A program made the position numbers and the translations under genes. The notes under the pieces are model-generated. The model searched no databases. It was not told where the DNA came from and saw only the letters and a list, made by a program, of their open reading frames with translations. Shown here piece after piece: positions 1-9,565 of a DNA stretch of 64,000 nucleotides. Position 1 is the first letter of the stretch. Every line of letters starts with the position of its first letter. Origin of the DNA: an uncultured Gemmatimonadaceae bacterium (lineage in GTDB: Bacteria > Gemmatimonadota > Gemmatimonadetes > Gemmatimonadales > Gemmatimonadaceae); assembly GCA_963790305.1 (NCBI GenBank), contig CAWBOC010000005.1, forward strand, positions 96,001-160,000, given 5' to 3'.

Positions 1-886
1 CGCGGAACACGCCGTACGTCGTCTTCTCGACCTCCTTCCCCTCCGCGATTGCCGCATCGTAGGCGGCGCGGGCTTCGTCATAGTTCCCGAGGAACGAGTT
101 GATGTGGCCCTTCTTCAGCACCGCGACGGCGAGCTTCGAATCCTTGTCCACAGCTCGGGAATAGGCGTCGCGTGCCTGCTCCAGCTGATTCAGCGCGCGA
201 TACACGTCGCCGAGCTGCTCGTACCCCTTCGCCTCCTGCGGATCGGCGGCGATCGTCTGCTCCATGTGCCACTTCGCCTTCGCGAGATCGCGTGGCTCGT
301 TGAACAGATAGGAGAATCCCGCTGCACTCTGCGCCAGAAACATCTTCGGCTCGAGCTCGATCGCCTGGCTGTACGCCTTGCGAGCGATCTCGTGGCGGTT
401 CAGCGCGCCCTGTGCGTTTCCGAGCGCGATCCAGGCACGTGCCGACGTGGGGTGCGTCTTCACCAGCTTCTCAGCGAGCTCCACCCGGCGCTCGGCGTTG
501 TTGTCGAGAAAAGTGCGATTGATCTCGACGAGAAGACGCTCACCGTCGCTCTTGCCGGTGAGGCTCGCGTTCGCGCGATCCAGATTCTCCTTGAACTCCG
601 GTGCCGACGCCGCGGCGGCAGCCAGGTTCAGGTACCCGTACGCGAATGACGGATCCTGCTCGACGGCGAGGCGGAAATGCTCGCGTGCCTCGCGAGGGCG
701 CCCAACGTCGAGCAGCCGTTGGCCGACGTCGAAGTGCGCCCGCGCCGCGGACGACGCCGTCGTGATCGGGATTTCCTCGGCTCGAGCGACGGAGCCCGCC
801 TTCTCGCTCACCGCCACGACTTGCGCGTGTGCCCCGCCGGCGACGATCGCCACCGCGAGCAGCGCGTGTATTCTGACCCTGGTCAT
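1..886 (-). CDS. Secreted tetratricopeptide-repeat (TPR) protein, 3' end runs off the window
   Basis: Missing from the ORF track because there is no stop in the window. Manual translation from ATG 886 gives MTRVRIHALLAVAIVAGGAHAQ (signal peptide), then TPR-like helices such as AREHFRLAVEQDPSFAYGYLNLA, ARKAYSQAIELEP and GYEQLGDVYRALNQLEQARDAYSRAV. A GGAGGT RBS lies upstream. Confidence 0.8.
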   Translation of the reverse strand, partial: MTRVRIHALLAVAIVAGGAHAQVVAVSEKAGSVARAEEIPITTASSAARAHFDVGQRLLDVGRPREAREHFRLAVEQDPSFAYGYLNLAAAAASAPEFKENLDRANASLTGKSDGERLLVEINRTFLDNNAERRVELAEKLVKTHPTSARAWIALGNAQGALNRHEIARKAYSQAIELEPKMFLAQSAAGFSYLFNEPRDLAKAKWHMEQTIAADPQEAKGYEQLGDVYRALNQLEQARDAYSRAVDKDSKLAVAVLKKGHINSFLGNYDEARAAYDAAIAEGKEVEKTTYGVFR

Positions 887-1108
887 CGCTACCTCCCCCG
901 TCGAAAAATTCGGGTCGATCGATCGGGCCACGCGGTGCGCGCGACCCGATCACGTGCGTGTCCACGATTGGAGGGGGTGCGTTGACCGGCAATACAGGCA
1001 CCGTAAGGTCCCGGTCAGGATGCCGTGCTGTTTTCGGTCTCGAAGAACGCGCGAAGGCGCGACATCCCGCGCAACGTTAGGCCCTGGTCTCGACGGTTTA
1101 AGTAACGG

Positions 1109-1124
1109 TGTGACATTAATCACG
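1109..1124. promoter_or_regulatory. CRP/FNR-family-like operator (TGTGA-N6-TCACG)
   Basis: TGTGA CATTAA TCACG matches the CRP consensus TGTGA-N6-TCACA at 9/10 positions, in an AT-rich divergent intergenic region. Confidence 0.45.
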
Positions 1125-1162
1125 AATTTCGCTGCGGATGTAATGACGCCAAACACCTCGGG

Positions 1163-1178
1163 CGGCATAGGCAATGCT
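1163..1178 (+). promoter_or_regulatory. Putative sigma-54 (-24/-12) promoter for the outer-membrane protein gene
   Basis: CGGCATAGGCAATGCT has exact GG-N10-GC spacing, about 115 nt upstream of ATG 1293. Confidence 0.5.
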
Positions 1179-1292
1179 TTGTAAACAACGTTCGCAGCGA
1201 CGGTTCCGTCGCTCGGGGGGAAACACCAGATTGCCCCGTCCGCAACAACGCCCGCGGAGCAGAGCTGGAGGGCGAGGCAAGGAGATGATGAT

Positions 1293-2195
1293 ATGCAACG
1301 TCGAAGCATTCGATTCTTCCCTCTCGCCGTGGCAATGGTGCTCACGGCCGGAATCACCGCGGAGGGGGCAGCGCAGGACACCACGCGCTCGCAGACACCG
1401 GTGACCTCGACCAGACGGATTCCCGTTTCGAAAGAGGGCACGACGGTAACGGAATCTCCGGGCGCGATCTCTCGGGACAGCGCCGCGAGAGCCGATTCGA
1501 TCGCCGCCGCCGAGCGCGCGCGGCAGGATTCACTCGCCGCCATCGAGCGGGCTCGTCAGGACTCGATCGCCGCGGCCGAGCGTGCGCGTCAGGAAGAGCT
1601 CGCCAGGATCGAGCGGGCACGTCTGGACTCGATCGCGAGAGCCGAACAGGCTCGGCGGGACTCGATCGCGGCCGCTGAGGCCGCGGCTGCGGAGCGCTTC
1701 CGGGTCGGCCGCTTCGGTGGCTGGTACTTCAACCTCGGCGGCGGGATTAGCATGCCCAGGGGAGCGCTTGACGATCTGTATGGAAACGGGTGGAACGTCA
1801 CTGGCTCCGTCGGGTGGCATCCGACCGAATCGCCCTTCGGTGTGCGTTTCGACGCGACCTACGATCGCCTGAACGGGCAGTCGTTCCCGGCAGGCAGCTC
1901 GAACGAGCTTGCCGATGCGTCGGTGCTCGCCGGACTGGCTGAGGTGACACTTCGCGTCCCGCGCGCGCTTGGGCTCAACCCGTACATCGTTGGCGGCGGT
2001 GGTGTGTATCGCTTCAACGACTATGGTGTAGAGGATGCAGAGGCTTCGACGGAGTTCGGGTGGAACGTGGGCGCCGGTCTCCGTTTCGGATGGGGCTTCA
2101 CCAGCCTCTTCGTCGAATCGCGGTACATGAGCGTCGGCACGCCCGTCGAGCGCGCGACGTACATTCCGATTATTCTGGGTATAACGTTCCGTTAA
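1293..2195 (+). CDS. Outer-membrane beta-barrel protein with an N-terminal 11-aa repeat stalk
   Basis: Signal peptide, then SIAAAERARQD-type repeats, then alternating aromatic/Gly strands (GWYFNLGGG, NPYIVGGGG, FGWNVGAGLRF) ending in ITFR. A GGAG RBS is present. Confidence 0.8.
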   Translation: MQRRSIRFFPLAVAMVLTAGITAEGAAQDTTRSQTPVTSTRRIPVSKEGTTVTESPGAISRDSAARADSIAAAERARQDSLAAIERARQDSIAAAERARQEELARIERARLDSIARAEQARRDSIAAAEAAAAERFRVGRFGGWYFNLGGGISMPRGALDDLYGNGWNVTGSVGWHPTESPFGVRFDATYDRLNGQSFPAGSSNELADASVLAGLAEVTLRVPRALGLNPYIVGGGGVYRFNDYGVEDAEASTEFGWNVGAGLRFGWGFTSLFVESRYMSVGTPVERATYIPIILGITFR

Positions 2196-2200
2196 ACTGA

Positions 2201-2282
2201 AGGTCGTCGAGGTGGTCAAGGTGATCCAGGTGATCGAGGGTTCCCTTGATCACCTCGACCGCCTCGATCACCTCGACTGCCT
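2201..2282. repeat. Palindromic tandem-repeat element, family B (9-nt AGGTGATCG/AGGTCGTCG units)
   Basis: Four left units and a reverse-complement right arm (GATCACCTCGACCGCCTCGATCACCTCGAC). Confidence 0.85.
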
Positions 2283-3077
2283 TTGAAGAGTCCATTCATC
2301 CCCGCTGTCCTCAGCACTCTCCTGCTCGCGGCCACCGCGCCCGCCCAGGAGACCTACCTCGACACGGCGTACGTGGAGCTCCTGCCGCTGAGCCCACCGG
2401 TGTTCGAGTCGACGGCGCATCTCGTCTCCCGTAAGGACAGCATCGCATCGGCCAAGGCGCGTCGCGCGGCGGAGCGCTCGAGCGCGATGCGCGTCGTCGT
2501 CTCGATAGGCGCGCGGCGACTGTGGGTTGTTTCGGGCGCAGACACGCTGCTCGATGCGTCAGTGGCGGTTGGAATGGGACGCACGCTCTCGTACGCCGGC
2601 CGGCGCTGGACGTTCGCGACGCCGATCGGGGTGCGCAAAGTACTGGAGAAGCGTTCGACACCCTACTGGCGTCCGCCCGATTGGGCGTACGCCGAAGTCG
2701 CGCGCGAGCACGGGCTGCGGCTGGAGCGTCTCGGCGCGGATCGTCCAGTGACCCTCGGCGACGGACGGCTGCTCGTCGTCCGTGACAGTCTCGTTGGCGT
2801 GATGATGCCCGATGGCTTCGCACCCTTGCCCGTCGAGGAGCACATCGTCTTCGATGAGACGCTCTACGTCCCGCCACTCGGCACTCGCAACCGCCTGATC
2901 GAAGGAGAGCTGGGGACCTACCAGCTCGATCTCGGCGAGGGCTATCTTCTGCACGGCACGCCGCACGAGGAGTCGATCGGCCTCGCGACGACGCACGGCT
3001 GCGTCCGGCTGAAAGGCCACGACATCGAGTGGCTGTTCGCGAACGTGCCAGTGGGGACGGCGGTGTATCTGTACTGA
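2283..3077 (+). CDS. L,D-transpeptidase (YkuD family)
   Basis: Signal peptide; C-terminal LLHGT...IGLATTHGCVRL catalytic His/Cys motif; ends VPVGTAVYLY. Confidence 0.85.
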   Translation: MKSPFIPAVLSTLLLAATAPAQETYLDTAYVELLPLSPPVFESTAHLVSRKDSIASAKARRAAERSSAMRVVVSIGARRLWVVSGADTLLDASVAVGMGRTLSYAGRRWTFATPIGVRKVLEKRSTPYWRPPDWAYAEVAREHGLRLERLGADRPVTLGDGRLLVVRDSLVGVMMPDGFAPLPVEEHIVFDETLYVPPLGTRNRLIEGELGTYQLDLGEGYLLHGTPHEESIGLATTHGCVRLKGHDIEWLFANVPVGTAVYLY

Positions 3078-3080
3078 AGG

Positions 3081-3200
3081 CGAATGCGGAATGCGGAATG
3101 CGGAATGCTGTTAAGACCTTCAGCGATTGAGGGCTCCGGTGGTTGAACCGGAGCCCTCTCGCAGTACGGTCTTACCCGCAATCCGCATTCCGCATTCCGC
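3081..3200. repeat. Palindromic element, family A (7-nt GCGGAAT units) with an internal hairpin
   Basis: (AATGCGG)x3 ... GAGGGCTCCGGT-loop-ACCGGAGCCCTC ... (CCGCATT)x3. Confidence 0.85.
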
Positions 3201-3207
3201 TTTCTAT

Positions 3208-5389
3208 ATGATCCATCGTCACGCCATTCGCGTCGTTTTCAGCACCGTCGTTTTCGCGACCAGCGTAGCCCACGCTCAGCGCCCCTGTGACGTATCGCCG
3301 GCGCCGAACGGGCCGAGCCGCGACCTCTACTGCATCGAGCTGGTTGCCGTGCCTGGGGTTGCCGAAGCGATCGGGCGCGTTGAGCTCGCGTATCTGCCCA
3401 ACCCCTTCACCGTCGCGGCGCTCCCCGACGGGCGGTTGCAATACCAACCGATCGCATACCTCAGCCGCCTTCCTCCGCCAGCGTCGTTAGGTGCGTTCAC
3501 GCAGTACGTCGCGTGGATCAGCTCGACGAGCATGGACTCGGTAGCTCGACTCGGCACCGTGACCGAGGGCACCACCTCACTTCCGGCGATCGGTCTCGAG
3601 AAGTTCATCATTCTCGTCACGGCTGAGCCAGCGGGCGACGGCGCAGCGCCGCGCGGTCGTATCGTTCTTCGAGGCCAGTCGCCTTCGACACGCCTTCAGC
3701 CACCGGAGATCGTGCAGCTCGCGCTCGGCGCCATGGTCGATACGAGCTCCCGGGCGCCAACCGTCGATCACTCCAGTCATGGTGCGCACGGCACGACGGC
3801 CGAGATCAGGGCGCGCGGCGCTCCGGCGAGCTGGACCTCCGTCCCCATGCTTCCGGGGCTGCAGATGCTCGCCGCCGAAATGGCGCTCCGTCCCCAGGTA
3901 TCGCCGTGGCTTCCGGCGTGGTCGGACACGCTGCCGCTCGTGCAGCCGTCACGGCTCGTCCGCCTCGACAATGGCGATACGCTGCACCTCGACGCGGGAC
4001 TCGTCAGGCGGTCGTTCAAAGGGCGCGACGTGGCGATGTATGCCTTCAACGGACAGCACCCCGGGCCGTTGCTGATGGTGCCGCAGCATGCGGAGATCGT
4101 CGTCGTGCTTCGGAATGCGCTCGATCAGCCGACTACGATCCACTGGCACGGCGTGCGCCTCGACAACCGCTTCGACGGCGTGCCCGATCTCACGCAGGCG
4201 CCGGTGCCGCCCGGCGGCCGCTTCACCTACCGGATTCGCTTTCCCGACGCCGGCATCTACTGGTACCACCCACACGTGCGTGAGGACGTGCAGCAGGAGC
4301 TCGGCCTTTACGGCAATCTGCTGATCCGGTCGCCGCGCCCCGACTATTACGGACCTTCCCATCGCGAAGAAGTGCTCATCCTCGATGACCTGCTTCTCAC
4401 CGAGTCGGGCCTCGTCCCGTTCGGCGCTGAAGCAGCGACTCACGCGTTGATGGGGCGCTTCGGTGACGTCCTGCTCGTCAACGGCGAGCCTGGCTACCAG
4501 TTGGATGTGCGCCGCGGCGAGGTCGTCCGCTTCTTTCTGACGAACGTCTCCAACACGCGCACGCTCAACCTGTCATTCGCCGGCGCGCGAATGAAAGTCG
4601 TCGCGTCCGACGTGGGAGCTTTCGCCACCGAGGCATGGGTCGAGAGCGTCGTGATCGCGCCCGCGGAGCGGTACGTGGTGCACGTTCGTTTCGACGTGCC
4701 AGGAACGACGACCCTCGTGAATCGCGTCCGCGGACTCGATCATCTCTTTGGTCGCTTCTTCGCGCACGTCGACACGCTCGGGGTCATTCGCGTCGGCGAG
4801 CAGCCCGGGGTTCCCGATCTCGCGGCGAGCTTCGCCGTGCTGCGCCGCGATAGCGTCGCGACGGCCAATGCCGAGCGCTACCAGGAGCGGCGTGTCCCGC
4901 CCGCCGGATCGGTCCCTCGTCCTCTCCCTTCGCCGGCGCGATCTCCCGTTCATCACGAACCAGCTCCTCCAGCTCGATTCGATCTACTTCGCGCCGATCG
5001 AGTGGATCGGGACGATGCCCGCGATGAACTGGGCCTCGGACGCCCGGCAAGTGACGTGGGTGCTTCGCGATCCGGCGACGGGCCGCGAGAACATGGACAT
5101 CGACTGGCGCTTTCGGCGCGGGCAAGTCGTGAAGCTCCGGCTCGTCAGCGAGCGGCAGAGCGTGCACGCCATGCAGCATCCGGTGCACATTCACGGACAG
5201 CGGTTTCTCATCCTGGCGGTCAACGGCGTTCCCACGCGGCATCGCGCCTGGAAGGACACCGTCTTGCTCCCAGCAGGTGCGACGGTGGATCTTCTGGTCG
5301 AGATGAGCAACCCGGGGCGGTGGATGCTGCACTGCCACATCGCCGAGCATCTGTCGGCGAACATGATGATGGCCTTCACGGTGGAGTGA
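3208..5389 (+). CDS. Multicopper oxidase, split by a +1 frameshift near 4881
   Basis: Cu motifs HWHG and WYHPH are in the first frame; HPVHIHG and HCHIAEHLSANM are in the 4748..5389 frame. Deleting one C in TACCAGG joins them as ERY-RSGVSRPP. Confidence 0.85.
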
Positions 5390-5393
5390 CCTC

Positions 5394-6839
5394 ATGAGAC
5401 GGTACCTAACGACGCTCGGAGTTGCCCTCGCCCTCCTGGCGACAGGACTCGGCGAAACCCTCGCCGCACAGCGGGCGGACTCGCTTTCCTCCAACGTCCG
5501 CGAGTTCGTCTCCGTCGCCGAGCCGGTGGTGGCGCTCACCGGCGTGACGGTGATCGACGGGACCGGTGCGGCCCCGCGCCGCGATCAGACGATCGTCATC
5601 CGGAACGGGCGCATCGCCGAGGTCGGGCCTGCGTCGCGAGTGAAGACGCCGGCGGGCGCGCGCGAGATATCGTTGGCAGGTCACACCGTCATTCCTGGGC
5701 TGATCGGGATCCACGACCATCTCTTCTACACGGCGGCCGGCGGGCGCGCCGTGCAGATGGGATTCACCGGGCCACGTCTGTATCTCGGATCGGGAGTCAC
5801 GACGATCCGCACCACCGGCGGCCGGTCGCCGTACGCGGAGATCAACACCAAGGCCGCCGTCGACGCCGGCCGCGTCCCCGGTCCGCGTGTCTATCTCACC
5901 GCCCCCTACATCACCGGAGGCACGGGCGGCGGGGCGGGCAGCATGGCCGCGATCAATTCACCCGAGGCGGCTCGCCGATTCGTCGCGTACTGGGCGGCGG
6001 AAGGAATGACGTGGATCAAGGCCTACACCGACATTAGCCGCGCCGACCTCGGGGCCGCGATCGACGAAGCGCACAAGCGCGGCATGAAGGCCACCGGTCA
6101 TCTCTGCTCGGTGAGCTTCCGTGAGGCGGTGGAGCTCGGCATCGACAACCTCGAGCACGGGATGCTGGTCGCGTCGGACTTCGCGGCCGGAAAGCCCGTC
6201 GATGTCTGCCCCACGAACTACATGGCGGGCATCGCGCAGGCGAATCCGACCGGTCCGGAAGCGCAGGCGGTGATCAAGACGATGGTCGATCGCGGCGTGT
6301 CGATGACCTCGACGCTGGCGGTGTTCGAGCCGTTCGTGCCCGGTCGCCTGTCCAACGATGAGCGCACCTTGTCGATGATGACGCCGCCGCTGCGCGACGC
6401 CTATAAGACGCTCAAGCATCGCATCGACTCCGCGCGCTCCAGCCCGTTCACGGAACAGGTCTTCAAGAACGCGCTCGCCTTCGAGCGCGCGTTCGTGCAG
6501 GCCGGGGGTCTCCTCGCGGCAGGGGTCGATCCCACCGGAGCCGGTGGCGCGCTCGCGGGCTTCGGGGATCAGCGCAACTACGAGCTGCTGATCGAGGCGG
6601 GGTTCACTCCTCAGCAGGTCGTGCAGATCATGACGCTGAACGGCGCCAAGGTGCTCGGCGCGCAGGAACGGTTAGGCAGCATCGAGGCGGGAAAGCTCGC
6701 CGACCTGGTGGTGCTGCGCGGCGATCTCGTGGCGAATCCCCTCGTCATCCGTGAGGTGACGACGGTGTTCAAGGACGGCGTGGGGTACGATTCGCCGAAG
6801 CTGTTGGCGGCGGTGAAGGGGCGGGTGGGGATTGATTGA
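5394..6839 (+). CDS. Secreted amidohydrolase-family protein
   Basis: PGLIGIHDH (HxH), IKAY, GHL, EHG and GVD metal ligands; GSIEAGKLADLVV. Confidence 0.9.
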   Translation: MRRYLTTLGVALALLATGLGETLAAQRADSLSSNVREFVSVAEPVVALTGVTVIDGTGAAPRRDQTIVIRNGRIAEVGPASRVKTPAGAREISLAGHTVIPGLIGIHDHLFYTAAGGRAVQMGFTGPRLYLGSGVTTIRTTGGRSPYAEINTKAAVDAGRVPGPRVYLTAPYITGGTGGGAGSMAAINSPEAARRFVAYWAAEGMTWIKAYTDISRADLGAAIDEAHKRGMKATGHLCSVSFREAVELGIDNLEHGMLVASDFAAGKPVDVCPTNYMAGIAQANPTGPEAQAVIKTMVDRGVSMTSTLAVFEPFVPGRLSNDERTLSMMTPPLRDAYKTLKHRIDSARSSPFTEQVFKNALAFERAFVQAGGLLAAGVDPTGAGGALAGFGDQRNYELLIEAGFTPQQVVQIMTLNGAKVLGAQERLGSIEAGKLADLVVLRGDLVANPLVIREVTTVFKDGVGYDSPKLLAAVKGRVGID

Positions 6840-6842
6840 GGG

Positions 6843-6990
6843 CGATTGCGGATTGCTGACGGCGATTGCGGATTGCTGATTGCGGATTGCGTGCAAGACC
6901 CTTAGCGACAGAGGGCTGCGGTTCACCACACCGGAGCCCTCTGCATCGTATGCCCTTACATGCAATCCGCAATCAGCAATCCGCAATCGC
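6843..6990. repeat. Palindromic element, family A (GCGGATT/GCTGATT units); core homologous to 3081-3200
   Basis: The core AAGACC...GAGGGCTGCGGT...ACCGGAGCCCTC...CTTAC resembles the copy at 3113-3175. It lies between convergent genes. Confidence 0.85.
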
Positions 6991-6992
6991 TC

Positions 6993-7622
6993 TTATCCCG
7001 CCATGCCGAACATGAGCAGCTCTGTGGCGGTGAGCGTCAGCACTTCCGTTGATGGCGCGCTCTTGCCGCGCACCTGTCCGTCGATCGCGAGCATGGCGAG
7101 GCCGTGCACGAGCGCCCAGGCCGTGAGCGCCATCGCCTGCGGATCTCCCGACCGCACCAGCTTCTGGCGCTGGAGCATCGCGATTCCCTCCCGCAGAAAC
7201 CCGAACACCTCGTTCCGGGACGCCGGTGCGATTGCCGGATCCGCCGCGAGCTCGCTGCCGAACATCACGCGGTACTCATCGGGGTGCGCGACCGCAAACT
7301 GGACGTAGGCGAGGGCGATTGCCTGAAGACCACCGCGTGAGGTCTGCTGCGGCTTTCGCAGCGTCTTCTCTGGCGACTCCGCCGCAGCGCGAAGCTGGGC
7401 GTGAAGGCGCTTGAAGCCCTCGTCGGCGACCGCGGCGACCAGAGCCGCTCGATCGGCGAAGTGACGGTACGGGGCCATCGGGCTCACGCCCGCCGCGCGC
7501 GCGAGCGCGCGCATCGTCAGGGCCTCCGGCCCGCCCTTCCGTAAGAGCGGCATCGCCGCGGCCAGCAGCGCGCGGCGCAGGTCGCCGTGGTGGTACCCCT
7601 GCTTCTGGACGCGTTTAGCCAT
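6993..7622 (-). CDS. TetR/AcrR-family regulator
   Basis: MAKRVQKQGYHHGDLRRALL...LTMRALARAAGVSPMAPYRHF HTH; C-terminal WALVHGLA. Confidence 0.9.
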   Translation of the reverse strand: MAKRVQKQGYHHGDLRRALLAAAMPLLRKGGPEALTMRALARAAGVSPMAPYRHFADRAALVAAVADEGFKRLHAQLRAAAESPEKTLRKPQQTSRGGLQAIALAYVQFAVAHPDEYRVMFGSELAADPAIAPASRNEVFGFLREGIAMLQRQKLVRSGDPQAMALTAWALVHGLAMLAIDGQVRGKSAPSTEVLTLTATELLMFGMAG

Positions 7623-7634
7623 GAAACTGAATCT

Positions 7635-7680
7635 ATGTTGACATCGTATACTCTGCCAGGTATGTATACAGTGTCCACAT
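7635..7680. promoter_or_regulatory. Paired operator sites and divergent promoter between the TetR gene and its target
   Basis: ATGTTGACATCGTATAC and GTATACAGTGTCCACAT are near inverted copies; TTGACA at 7638-7643. Confidence 0.65.
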
Positions 7681-7698
7681 TTTGCCGGAGCATCCCCC

Positions 7699-8415
7699 AT
7701 GTCGCTCGCTCATCGCGCCCGTCTCGACAGCTGGCTTCCCGCGCTGCTCCTCGTCGCTGGATCGCTCATCTTCCTCGGCGCCGGACGGCACCACCCCATC
7801 ATCGACGCCACGCTCGGTCCGCCCGGCAGCGATGAGTACTTTCGGGCGTTCGCCGCGCAGATGCTCCACATGCCGAACTGGGAAAGCATGCATCTCGGGA
7901 TCCTGGTCGGCCCAGTCCTGTGGACGCTAGGGCTCGCTAGCATCGCACGCCTGGTTTCGGCGAGAGCGACTTCCCTCGCCGATGTCGGCAAGACGGCCCT
8001 GATGCTCGGCGCGAGCTTGTGGGCAATCGCGTTCGTGCTCGATGGATACGTCGGACCGCGCCTCGCGCAGGTGCTCGCGACGGCTGGGGTTGGTGCCGAC
8101 GCGCTCGCCATCAAGACGTTCAGCACGAATCAATACATGATGGCGCGGCTCGGAATGCTCAGCATCGCGTTCATCGGCGGCGCGATTCTCGTGATCAGCG
8201 CCGCGATGCTCGTCGGGTCGCCTCTGCGGTCGTGGCGCACCGTCGTCGGCGGGCTCGGCGTATTCGTTGGCGGCTGGCCCTTGATCGCGGCGGCTCGCGG
8301 AGAATTCTGGCCGGGGCCATTCACGAGCCCGTATTGGACAGCGACCGCGCTCACGCTGGGCATCTGGTTCCTGTTGCTCGGAACCGCGATGCCGGGGATG
8401 CGACGCATTGATTGA
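7699..8415 (+). CDS. Multi-pass membrane protein of unknown function
   Basis: About six hydrophobic segments; HP...W-x3-HL-x2-L-x-G motif shared with 27931..28599. Confidence 0.75.
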   Translation: MSLAHRARLDSWLPALLLVAGSLIFLGAGRHHPIIDATLGPPGSDEYFRAFAAQMLHMPNWESMHLGILVGPVLWTLGLASIARLVSARATSLADVGKTALMLGASLWAIAFVLDGYVGPRLAQVLATAGVGADALAIKTFSTNQYMMARLGMLSIAFIGGAILVISAAMLVGSPLRSWRTVVGGLGVFVGGWPLIAAARGEFWPGPFTSPYWTATALTLGIWFLLLGTAMPGMRRID

Positions 8416-8417
8416 AG

Positions 8418-8509
8418 CGAGACTGCGAGCTGCGATCTGAAAGCCTCAGGAAGCTTCCAATGCCACACGTAGCTTCCGGTTTTTAGTTCGCAGCGTGCAG
8501 TTCGCAGTG
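8418..8509. repeat. Palindromic element, family F (CTGCGAG / TTCGCAG units)
   Basis: ACTGCGAGCTGCGATCTGAAAGCC ... GGTTTTTAGTTCGCAGCGTGCAGTTCGCAGT, with an inner GGAAGCT/AGCTTCC stem. Confidence 0.65.
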
Positions 8510-8517
8510 GCCTTTAG

Positions 8518-8589
8518 AGGCGCGGGCCGGAATCGAACCGGCGAGTGGGAGTTTTGCAGACTCCTGCCTTACCACTTGGCTACCGCGCC
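8518..8589 (-). tRNA. tRNA-Cys(GCA); CCA not encoded
   Basis: GGCGCGG acceptor stem, TAGCCAAGTGGTAAGGC D-arm, GGAGT-CTGCAAA-ACTCC anticodon arm, GCCGG-TTCGATT-CCGGC T-arm, U discriminator followed by CTA. Confidence 0.97.
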
Positions 8590-8600
8590 GAAGTCCTTGC

Positions 8601-8629
8601 AATCTAGCGCGATAGCGAGGGTGGCTCAA
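8601..8629 (-). promoter_or_regulatory. Sigma-70-type promoter of tRNA-Cys
   Basis: Minus strand reads TTGAGC-N17-TAGATT, 11 nt upstream of the tRNA 5' end. Confidence 0.6.
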
Positions 8630-8682
8630 GCGAGTCTAGGCACGTCTGAAATCTGAATTCTGATATCTGACGTCTTTGCCGT

Positions 8683-9438
8683 TCAGGCGTGCCTTGATGC
8701 TGGAACGCGCGCGATCATCGGCGCGCGGAGCTGCGTCGCCAGCCACGCCGCCGCGTCCTCTGTCGCCTCCGCCGGAAGGATGTGGCCCGTATTCCACCAG
8801 CGCATCTCCTTCGGCTCACCAGCCGCGGCGAAGAGTCGGTCGGCGTCCACGGGACGCACCGTTTGATCGTACCGGCCATGCGTCATGAGCAGCGGGCGCC
8901 CCGACAGCTTCCGCACCGCCTTGAGCGGATCCGCGACCGTTCGAATCAGCCGCTCGAACGGCGTGCCGAGCGGAAGGTCGCCGGCGGCCGCGAGCACGAC
9001 GGCGCGGACGCGCTTGTCGCGGGCCGCCGCCGCAACGCCCACGTACGCACCTAACGAATAGCCCACGATCGCCAGCCTCGAGGGATCATAGCGCTCGTGC
9101 TTGGCGAGACAGTCGAGCGCAGCTGCGCATTCCGCGAGTGCCAGGCGCCAATGACGGACCAGCGCCATCGGATTGAGCAGCGACTGCCGCTGGAGGGGTG
9201 CGTCCCGATCGCCATGCAGGGGAAGATCGATCGCCAGCGAGGCCACGCCACGGGATGCCAGCGCGCGGCCCACGGTGTCGGCCATCCGCTCCTTTCGCGA
9301 CGAATAGCCGTGGAGCAGCAGCGCCGCGGGCACCGGGTGCTCGAGGCCCGGCGGAAGGAGAAGAATCGCGGGAACGACGGCATCGCCGACGTGCAGCCGC
9401 AACGCGTGCCGCTCGACCTTCCCGTTCTGGTTTGGCAT
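8683..9438 (-). CDS. Alpha/beta-fold hydrolase
   Basis: LLHG, GYSLG nucleophile elbow, HGRYD and GH catalytic triad pattern. Confidence 0.9.
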   Translation of the reverse strand: MPNQNGKVERHALRLHVGDAVVPAILLLPPGLEHPVPAALLLHGYSSRKERMADTVGRALASRGVASLAIDLPLHGDRDAPLQRQSLLNPMALVRHWRLALAECAAALDCLAKHERYDPSRLAIVGYSLGAYVGVAAAARDKRVRAVVLAAAGDLPLGTPFERLIRTVADPLKAVRKLSGRPLLMTHGRYDQTVRPVDADRLFAAAGEPKEMRWWNTGHILPAEATEDAAAWLATQLRAPMIARVPASRHA

Positions 9439-9565
9439 GGGGTGTCAGCAACGGGCAAAAAGCTCGCCCGCGGCTGGCATTCTCGCAGTTCCCTGTGCAT
9501 ATCCGTAGCCCGGCGATGCGCCACCCTGGGGCGCCTTCGCCGCGTCTCACCGTCTCGGAGGACTC

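Noticed and set aside
104..1184. Plus-strand ORFs 104..649 and 378..1184
   Set aside because: They are shadows of the minus-strand TPR gene, which has an RBS, a signal peptide and recognisable repeats.
4875..4895. Programmed ribosomal frameshift in the multicopper oxidase, and at the other five breaks
   Set aside because: No slippery heptamer or homopolymer tract. The same single-base-duplication pattern in six unrelated genes points to sequencing error.
8645..8675. TCTGAAA/TCTGAAT/TCTGATA heptamer run
   Set aside because: A single arm with no inverted partner; probably a decayed relative of the hairpin elements, so not listed as a feature.
8416..8680. tRNA-Cys as the integration site of an island
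   Set aside because: No integrase, no duplicated tRNA 3' end seen in the window, and no obvious compositional shift.
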